Shown here piece after piece: positions 11,651-21,668 of a DNA stretch of 64,000 nt. This DNA comes from Neoechinorhynchus agilis (lineage: Eukaryota; Animalia; Acanthocephala): positions 9,625,480-9,689,479 of the forward strand of contig CM121342.1 in the NCBI GenBank assembly GCA_051530055.1, written 5' to 3'. The notes under the pieces were generated by a model. The model was not told the origin of the DNA. It did not search any database and saw only the letters and a list, made by a program, of their open reading frames with translations. How positions within the stretch are numbered: the first letter of the stretch is position 1; every line of letters begins with the position of its first letter. Position numbers and translations under genes: made by a program.

Positions 11651-12997
11651 TTGAGCAGAAAGTGGACGTTGACGACGAGAGAGAACGAGACGACCAATGT
11701 GCAATTTATTTTCGGATTTTTAAAAACAAAAAAGAGGCGATATAGTCGATTTCTCAATAATCGGTGTCCTCGATGTTTTTTCGGGGGATACTACGGACGA
11801 GCTTTGGTTTATCACGTTATCCAATGCGCATTAAAATCTTATAGTTTAAATCTCGAACAAAAAATCACATTCGAGTCGCATTAAATTAGAATTCCGTTTC
11901 AAAAAGCGATAGAAAGTTTGTCCGAAAATCAATCGAACACAAACGAGCAGTCTTCCGTTTCTAAGTATGTTCATAACCGAATTCCGGGCTTGAAAGCAAC
12001 GTTTTTGAACACGAGAATGAGTGCTACTTAAAACTTACGAAAGAACCGAAATTCCAGATCTTCTTCGTCTTGATGCTCCATCGCATCCGAGTGTTCATCA
12101 CTCGATCATTGGCTGGATTATACTTTTGGTTCTACAATTTGATATCGTTCTTTTTTGTATGTGATTAATACATCGACTTAAAAAAAGACTCGTTTCGTGC
12201 AAATGACGACATCTTTGTCATCTTGCTTGAGACGGTCTCGAATGTCGTCGCTCGACGCTTTCAGTTCATTATACCGTTCTTTTTTGCGTAGATGCTCCGA
12301 TCCGACCGTCAAACTCAACGCCAATCTTATGTTCCGTTTAGGAGATTATTTGCAAAAACTCAAAGTCAAGGTTGGACGTTCGTTTGTCAAATTATTTTTT
12401 GTTTACAAAATGTAGCTCAGAAAATTTGTGTCTCAAATTAAATTCATGGAAAAAATACTCCATTTTAGAAGAATAAAACGATTTGGTATGCCGGATAAAA
12501 CGTTTTTTAGGCTTATTGTTTAAAGTCTTCACCCGGTAAAGAGTTTATTCGAGACGTTCTGTAAAAATCGCAAGGGGAAACTTTTTGTTCTAAAACTCGC
12601 TTCTAGGAGATGCGCTAATTTTACTTTTGCTGCATTTTAACCGATTATTAAAAGAGGCTTAAAGAAGAGACCTAACAAACTGATGATGAGCCCCACGAGG
12701 TTCGAAAACATTTTATCGTTTCAAAGGAACGTTTTTATCCGGGGTATATTATGATCACCACTTCTATATGATTCCGAAGGATTTTTTCTCTTTAGATGAG
12801 AAAAACTTTGCGATAATTAATTTTTCATCCAAAAAAGGTCGTTCCGGAACTTGGTAATCCAAGACCGAATCTCACCTTTTGAATCAGCGCAAAGTTATTC
12901 AAAAAAGTGGACCAATAAGAGTGTTGTCTATAGAAAGCCTAAAAAATTACTCAAACTGCATATTTAAAATTTTTGTGGAGGAACTCTAATATTATTT

Positions 12998-13157
12998 GTA
13001 TTATTTTGGTGATAATAATCCCGGTAATAGCACATTTGATTTTGATTTATTGGAAATATTTCGCGAGGTGAGATGAGGCGAGGTTACCTCGCGAAATATT
13101 TCCAATAAATCAAAATCAAATGTGCTATTACCGGGATTATTATCACCAAAATAATAC
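12998..13157. repeat. Perfect palindrome (72-bp arms, 16-nt loop), MITE-like
   Basis: 12998-13069 is the exact reverse complement of 13086-13157. Confidence 0.95.
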
Positions 13158-13184
13158 TTTGATTAACCCGAAGAATTTTTATCG

Positions 13185-14375
13185 ATGGATATTATTTGTG
13201 TTCGTTAACGCTCTTTTTTCGGTTAAGAACATATTTTAAATTATTTCTCCACCGTTCTATTCTGCAAAAACTGAGTTCTCTATTTTCTTTTTTATATAGA
13301 GCAATACAGTTGCGAACTCGGATCGGCAAAGTACTTCGCACTTTGCGGCATCGGTGGAATATTGAGTTGTGGCACAACTCACACCGCGATCGTACCACTT
13401 GATCTTGTCAAATGTCGACTGCAAGTCAATGGGCCAAAATACAAATCGACAATAAATGGATTCCGTATTACTGTAGCGTAAGTCTTTCCCTTCGTCTTTA
13501 CTGAATATTTTCGTTTAATCTTTTTAGAGAAGAAGGTCTTGTTGGTCTTAGTAAAGGCTGGGCTCCTACTCTTGTGGGATACAGCATCCAAGGTCTTGGC
13601 AAATTCGGACTTTATGAAGTCTTCAAAGTAGCATACAGCAGACTTTTGGGTGAAGAGAACGCATACCGATGGAGAACGAGTCTTTATTTGGCTGCAAGTG
13701 CTAGTGCTGAGCTATTTGCTGACATTGGATTGGCGCCGTTCGAAGCTACCAAAGTTAGAATTCAAACAAAACCAGGATTCACGAGTAGTATGCGAGTAGC
13801 GATGCCTCTCATGTATCGCGGCGAGGGATTCGGGGCGTGAGTTTTTTCCCAGGCGACGATTACCCTTTCGTTGATATTTTTGGCATTTAGCTTCTATAAG
13901 GGTCTTGTGCCGCTATGGTGCAGACAGATTCCGTATACGATGATGAAATTCGCTTGCTTTGAACGAACAATTGAAGCTTTATACAAATACGTAGTTCCTA
14001 GACCTAGAAGTGAATGCTCGAAACCGGAACAACTTGCGGTAACATTTACGGCCGGATATATAGGTATGTTTTTGCATTCTTTGATGAATTCGAATTGTCA
14101 TTGTAGCTGGGATATTCTGTGCTATTGTTTCGCATCCTCCTGATTCGGTTGTTTCTAAACTCAACAACGAAAAAGGACTGAGAGCAAGTGAAGCTGTTCG
14201 TCAGTTGGGAATGAGAGGATTATGGAAAGGACTTGCTCCTCGTATTATAATGATCGGAACCCTTACAGCTCTTCAATGGTTCATTTACGACGCAGTTAAA
14301 GTTGCCTTCCGCTTACCAAGACCGGTCGCCGTTGGTCATGGCGCTGGCGAAGAAAAACCTAAAGCGACTGCTTAA
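13185..14375 (+). CDS. SLC25A3: Mitochondrial phosphate carrier (spliced; first exon uncertain)
   Basis: YSCELGSAKYFALCG, PLDLVKCRLQV, KGWAPTLVGYSIQGLGKFG, APFEATKVRIQT, RQIPYTMMKFACFE, MIGTLTALQWFIYD. GT-AG introns near 13486, 13838 and 14063. The ATG at 13185 with a 6-codon first exon is inferred. Confidence 0.95.
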
Positions 14376-14441
14376 CCTCATCATACGAGAGAGAGAGAGT
14401 GATAGAAAAATAAGAGTTAGATTTTTTGTTTTAGGCTGTTT

Positions 14442-14726
14442 CTATAAATCCCCAACCATGTAACGGGTGAATTCGTCCACACTAATAAGACTATCTACGT
14501 CTTGGTCAATTTGGATGAAGGTTATGTTTGCTCCGAGATCTCCCGGCCCTGTTTCAAGATTAGAAACTAGTTCTATTACATCAATGAGACCATCTCGATT
14601 GCTGTCGTAAAGATTGAACATTTCTTTGACTTCAGGATATTGCGTACATTTCTCTTTTTTTCCTTCTACTGGAAATGAGCCAACGTTGATTCGGTTGTAA
14701 TCTCGGTTTCGTTCGTCGAGCGACAT
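14442..14726 (-). CDS. Small protein with two EF-hands
   Basis: EF loops DSNRDGLIDVIE and DQDVDSLISVDE; 94 aa; AG 6 nt before the ATG. Confidence 0.75.
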   Translation of the reverse strand: MSLDERNRDYNRINVGSFPVEGKKEKCTQYPEVKEMFNLYDSNRDGLIDVIELVSNLETGPGDLGANITFIQIDQDVDSLISVDEFTRYMVGDL

Positions 14727-15128
14727 TGTAAGCTACGATCAGTGATGATCGAGTGTGAAGTCTTTTATCCTCACGATCATAAACATTGATGGGAAATATT
14801 GAACTTTGACCTATTTTGTTGTGACGGCATCGATTGTTAAATCTACGCTATGTTGGTATTTCGCTCACAAGTACCACCTTAAAATCGGGAACTGTTGTCT
14901 GGTATTTTTTTATAAATTTCATTTTTCAAATCTCAAAAAGGGCGCAATGTGAGTGCCGAATACTCGCATTCACAAGCTTTAATCCAATAAATTAGAATTC
15001 ATTCGAAATCTCGTCTTTTTTTCGAGTAAGCCGAAAAGTCGGATTATTTAAATCTTATTATGCTCGAATAACCAATTCTGATTTTGTAAAAAAACTAATT
15101 TTTTCTCTCGACGTGATCAAACGGGCTT

Positions 15129-17304
15129 TTATGACAACAACGAATCGGCAATATCTTTCACAGTCACTGGTTTTTTGAAATACTCGCTGATCATCTTATG
15201 TGGATCACGTTCTCCACCGGGTTCAATAAACGTCTTCCGGAATTCCAATCCCATATCACGTTTAACTAAACTCGGTTCTTTTTCCTCGATCAAAGTTTTG
15301 AACACAAGGCGAGCGATAGCTTTAGCGACAAGATAGCAATGTATCCGTGCTCCATACTCGATCATATGATGGCCTAACATAGGAACACTGTCATCTAAAC
15401 ATTCACTATGTATCCATTCCTTTAAAAGTTTCACATCGACGATTTTATTCGAATGAATGAATTGATCGTATTTGATTTGATAAAGACTAGTTTGTATGTC
15501 TTGATGACATAGTTTAGGGCAATTGAAAAGAACAAAATGCTCAAATAATTGACTCGGGACTTCAACAAGATCAGTAGCGCATCGTGTACCGGACGCATGT
15601 TGGTATCTGCCGCTTTATCGCTTATTATCGATTAATTCGACGAAAAAAATCCCATTGATAATATCGCGAGCGCGTATTTAGTCCGGCTAAGGATCGAATG
15701 GATTGCATGACCGAATTCATGATAAAGCATTGAGCACTCTTCAAATCCTAGTAATCTTCGACGATCAATATTGACATTTATAACAGATACTGGCAATTGA
15801 CGCTCGTACTCACTAATCTCACATCCAGATCGAATTGTATGATGGCACGAATGACCGGTGTTTGTAAGGTTGATGTCAAAATACAAATATCCAAGAACTA
15901 CACCATCAGGGTCGTTTTGTCGGATACACGTCTTAACCACAAATGGATTCCACATCAATTCAATGTCGTCGGAATCTTCTATACAAAGTCTAACGTTGAA
16001 CAAATGAAAAATAAGAGAATCCAATGCGCATACACATTCACCAATGTTCATTTCAATCGATGGGGACGTATTGATGTACTGATTGTTGAGACGATTGTGA
16101 ATATGATCAACAAAAGCATTTACTCCTTTTTCGTGTTCAATCAAAAAACCTCTTAGTGCCATTTCGCTGAAACTATTGTAGCCGCAAAGCTGCGCCAATC
16201 GCCATCGCTCTTGTGCGAGCGATAATTCAACTTGCAGGGAACACTCGTTTTGAATTAGCTTTCTATATACACTATCAGCTCTTTAAGTTACGAAGACAAC
16301 GACAAAAAGAATCGATAATCTTTAAGTTCTGAATACGTTCATGGCATTGTCTATGTTTATGTTTGTTCGAATCGTCGCATCGTGCGGAATTCAACTCGAA
16401 ATCTGCTAAAAATAAATTCCCAACTCTTTCAGTCACTTCGCCAGCGCCCGACTTATTTGCAAATGAAGACATGAGACACTCATGAATTCTTGAATCACTG
16501 TTCAGATCATTTATAAGACGATTTAGAGCCATCGTTATTGTCCGATTTAACTATAAAGATTATATTTACGAAAATATAAAGTACGCTTTTAAATTCAACA
16601 CCCTTAGTCGAAAAACTGGCTCAACTTAATAGATTCCGTAGTTGTGTCGAGGTTGTTTAGTGGAGTTGAACCCCGAATCCCTGTTATTGGTTTAAGAAAA
16701 CACAGAGTGGCTGTAAAAGGATAAAAATGAATTGCACTTATAAAATGTTTACATACAGATTGACACCTAAGAAGCAAATTAAACATTAAAAGTATCCGCG
16801 TGAGAAAAAATTTTGTACAATTAAAGTACGAATTTTTTAAGCAATTGTGGAAACAAGCCTGCCTTGTTTACCGGTTTCAATAAAGATGCATAAATGCTGA
16901 AAACATTGATCAATCACTTTTACGTTCGATAATTTGTGTCCAATAGATTGCATACTTCTAAAGAATTGCAAAATATCGGCAAATTTGCATATCGTGTTAG
17001 AAATATCGTCTAATGCTCTGACTGTCTCGTTTAAACCTGGTTTGCTCATTTTAAGCAGTTTGCAAACCTTTTCACCGGTCTTTTCAGCAGTCCTTTCGGT
17101 CAAATGTAACAAAGTCGAGACTTCGTACAGGTTCTTAATATCGAATACCGTATAATTCTTTGGCTTTTCAGGCATATATACGTTTTTGTGGGATAAATCA
17201 AATCTTTTCAGCAGCAATTGACTGTTTTTATCATCTAAATATTGACATGAATGAGGCGCGAAGTTTGAAATTTGCCGCAGGATTGATAGTCGGATGGTAG
17301 TCAT
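15129..17304 (-). CDS. MIPEP: Mitochondrial intermediate peptidase (M3 family), shortened and spliced
   Basis: ALDDISNTICKFAD, RVGNLFLADFE, R..LAQLCGYNSFSE, LGYLYFD, HEFGH (HEXXH), GTRCATDLVEVPSQLFEHF, HMIEYGA. Exon joins near 16872/16551, 16300 and 15677/15607 are non-canonical or unresolved. Confidence 0.9.
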
Positions 17305-17596
17305 TGATTATATTGAAGCGAGTCTAAAAAATCAAGGGTGGTCTTGTGCTGAAAATTAACCAATTTTTTATAACAAAGGTTTATACATCGCAAATTGAGG
17401 CTTCACGCTCCCTTGATCACTGAGTGAAAAAATTAAAAAACGATAGTTGAATTTCAAAGGTACAATTCTACGCCTTTAATCTCTAAGCACGTTTCCTTCG
17501 CCACTAATAGCGAAAAAGAAATAGCAAAATACATTAATAATCATTAATACTTTTAATTGTTGTATAACTCATTTTAAAAGTATATGAATAGACGCA

Positions 17597-19284
17597 TCAA
17601 TCCAACAAATTCATCGCCTCAAGTTCTTTTACCACATTTTCCAACTCCAGATCCGTATTCTCAAACTGCTCTTTTTCGAAAACATTTTCGATTTCACCCA
17701 ATGAATGACTTGGCACTTCAGGTAAAATCATTACTTTTTCCTCTTCATTTGAACATATTTCATCCAACTCTCGCTCTAGCTCCTCTTCACAGATATCTTG
17801 CTGCTTAAACGAACTACTCAATGTCTGCGTGATTACATTTTGCTCAGCGATTGAATCACTGATCTCGTCCATTGTATCTTCAACATCGGAAAGATTGAAC
17901 TCCTTCACTGCACTTTTCAAAGAAGCCGATACCGTTGAGTAGATCTGTAAAATCGATTTGTTCTGATGCGATTGTTCCAATCCTGCTAAAAGAATGTGGA
18001 CTTTATCTAATTGAGCTTCCATTAGTGATTTCTGCTCGTCAATCTTCTTTTTGCGTTTAAGCAATCGTAGAGCGGGAGCTTTTTCTCCCTTCCTCAAATG
18101 TGCCCGTATTGCTTCCATCTGAGCGTCCGCCTTCGTTTCCAGCAATTGAAGTCGTTTCTCCAGTTCAGCTTCTCCACTCATCAACAAAACGCAGCTCCTT
18201 TCAGATTCAGAGAGTTCGGTTATAGAAGAGTTTGAAAGCTTTACCACAAGGATGTCTTCGACGCGTTCCACTATCGCATGTCCTTTCTTCGTTAGATAGT
18301 CGAGAATAATGTCAAAATCAAGCGCTGAGATTCCAGTCTTATTGAGCGATTTTGCGTTTTAAAGAAGAAAAAGCATAAGATCCTCATTTGAACGAAAATG
18401 AATAGTTATCTTTTAAAAAGACAGAGCGACCGTAAATGTTGAGATTTTTTAAAGAATTTTCTCCAGGCTCATTTTGAAACATTTTCTTTAGTGGACAAAA
18501 TTGAGTCAAATATGTACTATTCAACATAAAGGCAAAATCGCCACACTTAAGAGCGTATTCCTTTAGATATTCAAAGGGAATAACTGATGCTGTTTTAGAT
18601 TTGGGTAACGGTAGGAACGGCTTTGAAGAGCTCTCAGCAGAATTAACGAGTCGTTCACTTAATTTTTTCAGCACTTTCACGGATATAAGATTAGTTCGTT
18701 TGAATTTGAAATCCTGCCCTCGTCTAGGAGGAGAAAATCCCGTATTGCTTGAGCCAGTTGAGTTCCACAGATTTGCGGGATTTAGCCAACTAAGTGGATA
18801 TAAGACAAACGAAGCGGCACTCATGAGACCGGACGAAAGCATTGAAGTGATCCCGCTTCTTAAATCGTCATTAGACATGACATCGAATTGAACCACTTCA
18901 TCTACATTAACGTGAGTGAAGACAACGGAAGTGAATCGCCTGCTGTTGTATCTTCACATACTTCAATATACGAAAAATAAGCCTTTCTTTTATCATTTCG
19001 TCTATAACGAAATCAAGGCACCGTGGATATTTTTCACGGCGGTAAAAGTGCTTGGTTATTTGTTCGTCGGTCATCGTAACTCTGTTCACACTTTCAAAAA
19101 GCTGTTCAATAGCATCTTTCCACAGGGAGAGCTTAGCGTCATAATGAACGGGATTTAACGACCGGTCTCGGAAGGGAGAGAAAAGAGCGTCCATACGAGT
19201 ATTGTTATTCCATTGTCTACTAAATACACTCACAGGCGATGATCCGTTCGTACACAAGGAGGATTGGTCAATTTCAATGTTCAT
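17597..19284 (-). CDS. CHMP7: CHMP7 (winged-helix plus Snf7 ESCRT-III hybrid), spliced
   Basis: RMDALFSPFRDRSLNP..YDAKLSLW, P.CL..V, and a Snf7 C-terminal half (ALRLLKRKK, ILQIY..SASLK, VEDTMDEI, EELERELDE, LPEVP). GT-AG intron 18971-18902; second intron unresolved. Confidence 0.9.
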
Positions 19285-19343
19285 CTAAAGTCAAAGATTC
19301 ACGTTTAAAGGCTTTTTGAGATACTTGAGAGCTGTTTTATGGT

Positions 19344-19718
19344 GCGTAGAAAAATTAAAATGATTTTAATTTGACATTTGTACGACCCAAAGTTTATTTA
19401 TTTGTCTAGCTTTCGCCGTTAGACGGCTTCAACCGGGCAATTGTTTTGTAGCCGTTTAACCAGTGAAAGTTAGGCAAATAAATGAACTTTGGGTCGTACA
19501 AATGTCAAATTAAATCATAAAATTAAGTCATGCGCCTGGAAAATCAAGCAACGATTCACGCTATTTTAAACTGTCGATTGGTTTCAGCGAGACACAATCT
19601 TGTGAGCTTTTTCTTGCATTTTCCACAACAAACAACCTTGATCAAAAGACGTTCATAAGATTGCGCCGAAACCAATCGGCAGTTTAAAACATTTATAATT
19701 ATTTTAATTTTTCTACGC
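19344..19718. repeat. Compound inverted-repeat element (outer 18-bp TIR enclosing two long hairpins)
   Basis: Outer perfect IR 19344-19361/19701-19718. Hairpin 1 at 19362-19516 (about 52-bp arms); hairpin 2 at 19564-19689 (about 38-bp arms). Confidence 0.85.
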
Positions 19719-20152
19719 GCCGGAAAAACAACCAAAATATGAACAATTCAATCTCCAAACATACTTGAGAACGTCCATTAAAATCGGATACTGTAATTGT
19801 AATTCTTTATTTAAGAAAAATGTGGATTTTTTTTAAAAAGTAGAAATGGAGGATCCACATGAACATCGTCTAATCGGAAATCTAAAGATTTCTGGAACCC
19901 AATCGTAAAGAAAAACGATGCAAAGGAATAAAATCCCTTCTATTACAATCGATCGATCTCACTCATTTCTTTCGTTTTGTGTCATGTTCAATCAATTAAA
20001 AAAAAGAAGTTGGTGATTGTTTTCCTCTTCTACTTTTCGCTTCTAAAACTGATTTGATGTTTCGTCTCTTTTTTACCTTTAAACTAAATTTGACTAAATG
20101 ATATCTCTTCGATCAATCGTTACCAAAGCAACGCTGAACCATTTCTTAAGTA

Positions 20153-21647
20153 ATGCTTGATCGGCAGACAGATATGACCAATCGTGTGCTCAATTCTAAA
20201 CGCCAAGACATTTTACATTCCTATGACTTATTTGGGCAATCGAATAAAATTCACATAAACATATTGATCGATCACTTTAAAAAAATGGGAAGAATATCTT
20301 CTAGGGCGTCCGCTCGCATAATCCGCCTCGCCATGAAACAGCTCATCAAAGAGCCTTCACTTCTTCAACTCAACGGACAGGAGATTATGATAGTTGGCGA
20401 TATCCATGGTCAATTTTTTGACCTCGTTTATATATTTGAACATTTTGGTTTGCCCGGAGCAACAGGGAAAAACTCTAGGCGCCGTTATTTATTCTTGGGA
20501 GATTATGTCGATAGAGGTCAATTTGGTTTAGAAAGTCTACTCTTATTGCTTTCATTGAAAGTCAATGAACCGAATAATTTATTTCTTCTTAGAGGAAACC
20601 ACGAGTCTCTAAAACTTACGTCTCATTTCACCTTTAAAAGTGAATGTTACCTTAAAATCGGTTATTCGTTCTATCATAATGCCATGGACGCATTCCGAAC
20701 AATGCCCTTGGCCGCCATTGTTGACAACAAGTTGTTTTGTGTTCATGGTTGTAAGCAAAAAGATGGTGGAATCATAAGTTCTCTAGATTCTATCATCTTC
20801 CTGCTATATATCTCCTGATTTAAGAACTATTACCAGTTTTGAGAAATTCAACAGGTTTGTTGAAGTGCCAAGGAAAGGAATGCAGTGTGATCTTTTATGG
20901 GCGGATCCAAGTCCTGACTACGATCAAAGAGACGAAGAAGATTTTCGATTCAATAAACCACGCGGATGCAGCTATTTTGTGAGTTATCGAGCGATTTGTC
21001 GATTCTTGGAACGAAACAAACTTCTTGCTGTGATCCGAGGTCATCAAGTAGTTAATGAGGGTGTTCAATTTTATAGAGAAAGAGCAAAATTCAAATTCCC
21101 ATCATTGATCACACTATTTTCAGCTCCAAATTATTGTGACGTTTACAATAATAAAGGAGCTGTAGGTTTGTGGAATAGAAATCGATTTCAAATATTCAAA
21201 TATAAAGCTCAAGCACATCCATTTGTTCTGCCGAATTTTCTAAATGCCTTCACATGGTCCTTACCGTTCATTGTAAATCAAGTCACTGGAATATTACAGG
21301 CTGTAATGAACATCGCTCCTTCTGATTCAAGAACCGAAACAATGTCAGCCGATACATTCTATAGTGCTCAAGAAAACATTGATCACGAGACGAGTGTTAG
21401 TTTGACTGAGAAAGAGAAACAGACAATTGAGATTACGAAGATTATGAAAGACGCAGAAACCCAATCGAATAGAGCGTTAAAATTAGGAGCTATTACTCCA
21501 ACGGATTATAGTGTTCTTAGTGGTTCAAAGAAACTTGATAAAGATGTGGGCAGTGGCGAAGATGGAGTTGAGTTAACATTCGAAATGGCTCAAAAACTCG
21601 ATAGGGACAATGAAAAATGGGTACTAACCAACGATGCACTCACTTAA
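20153..21647 (+). CDS. PPP3CA: Calcineurin A (PP2B catalytic subunit), divergent
   Basis: GDIHGQ, GDYVDRG, LRGNHE, CDLLWADP, SAPNY, HPFVLPNF..AFTWSLPF (CnB-binding), TFEMAQKLDRDNE (autoinhibitory). A single 55-nt interruption at about 20753-20807. The symbol is family-level only. Confidence 0.93.
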
Positions 21648-21668
21648 ACCTGTACTTTTTGAGAAAAA

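Noticed and set aside
11950-12350. Possible spliced minus-strand gene fragment
   Set aside because: Open stretches and GT/AG sites exist, but there is no start, consistent frame or recognisable family.
16240-16330. MIPEP frame switch as another GA-AG hairpin intron
   Set aside because: Several tiny canonical and non-canonical solutions fit, and conservation is too weak to choose between them.
19846-19898. Short ATG exon (MEDPHEHRLIG...) as the calcineurin first exon
   Set aside because: The ORF from 20153 already supplies the TNRV segment matching the conserved N-terminus, so no join is needed. It could be a uORF.
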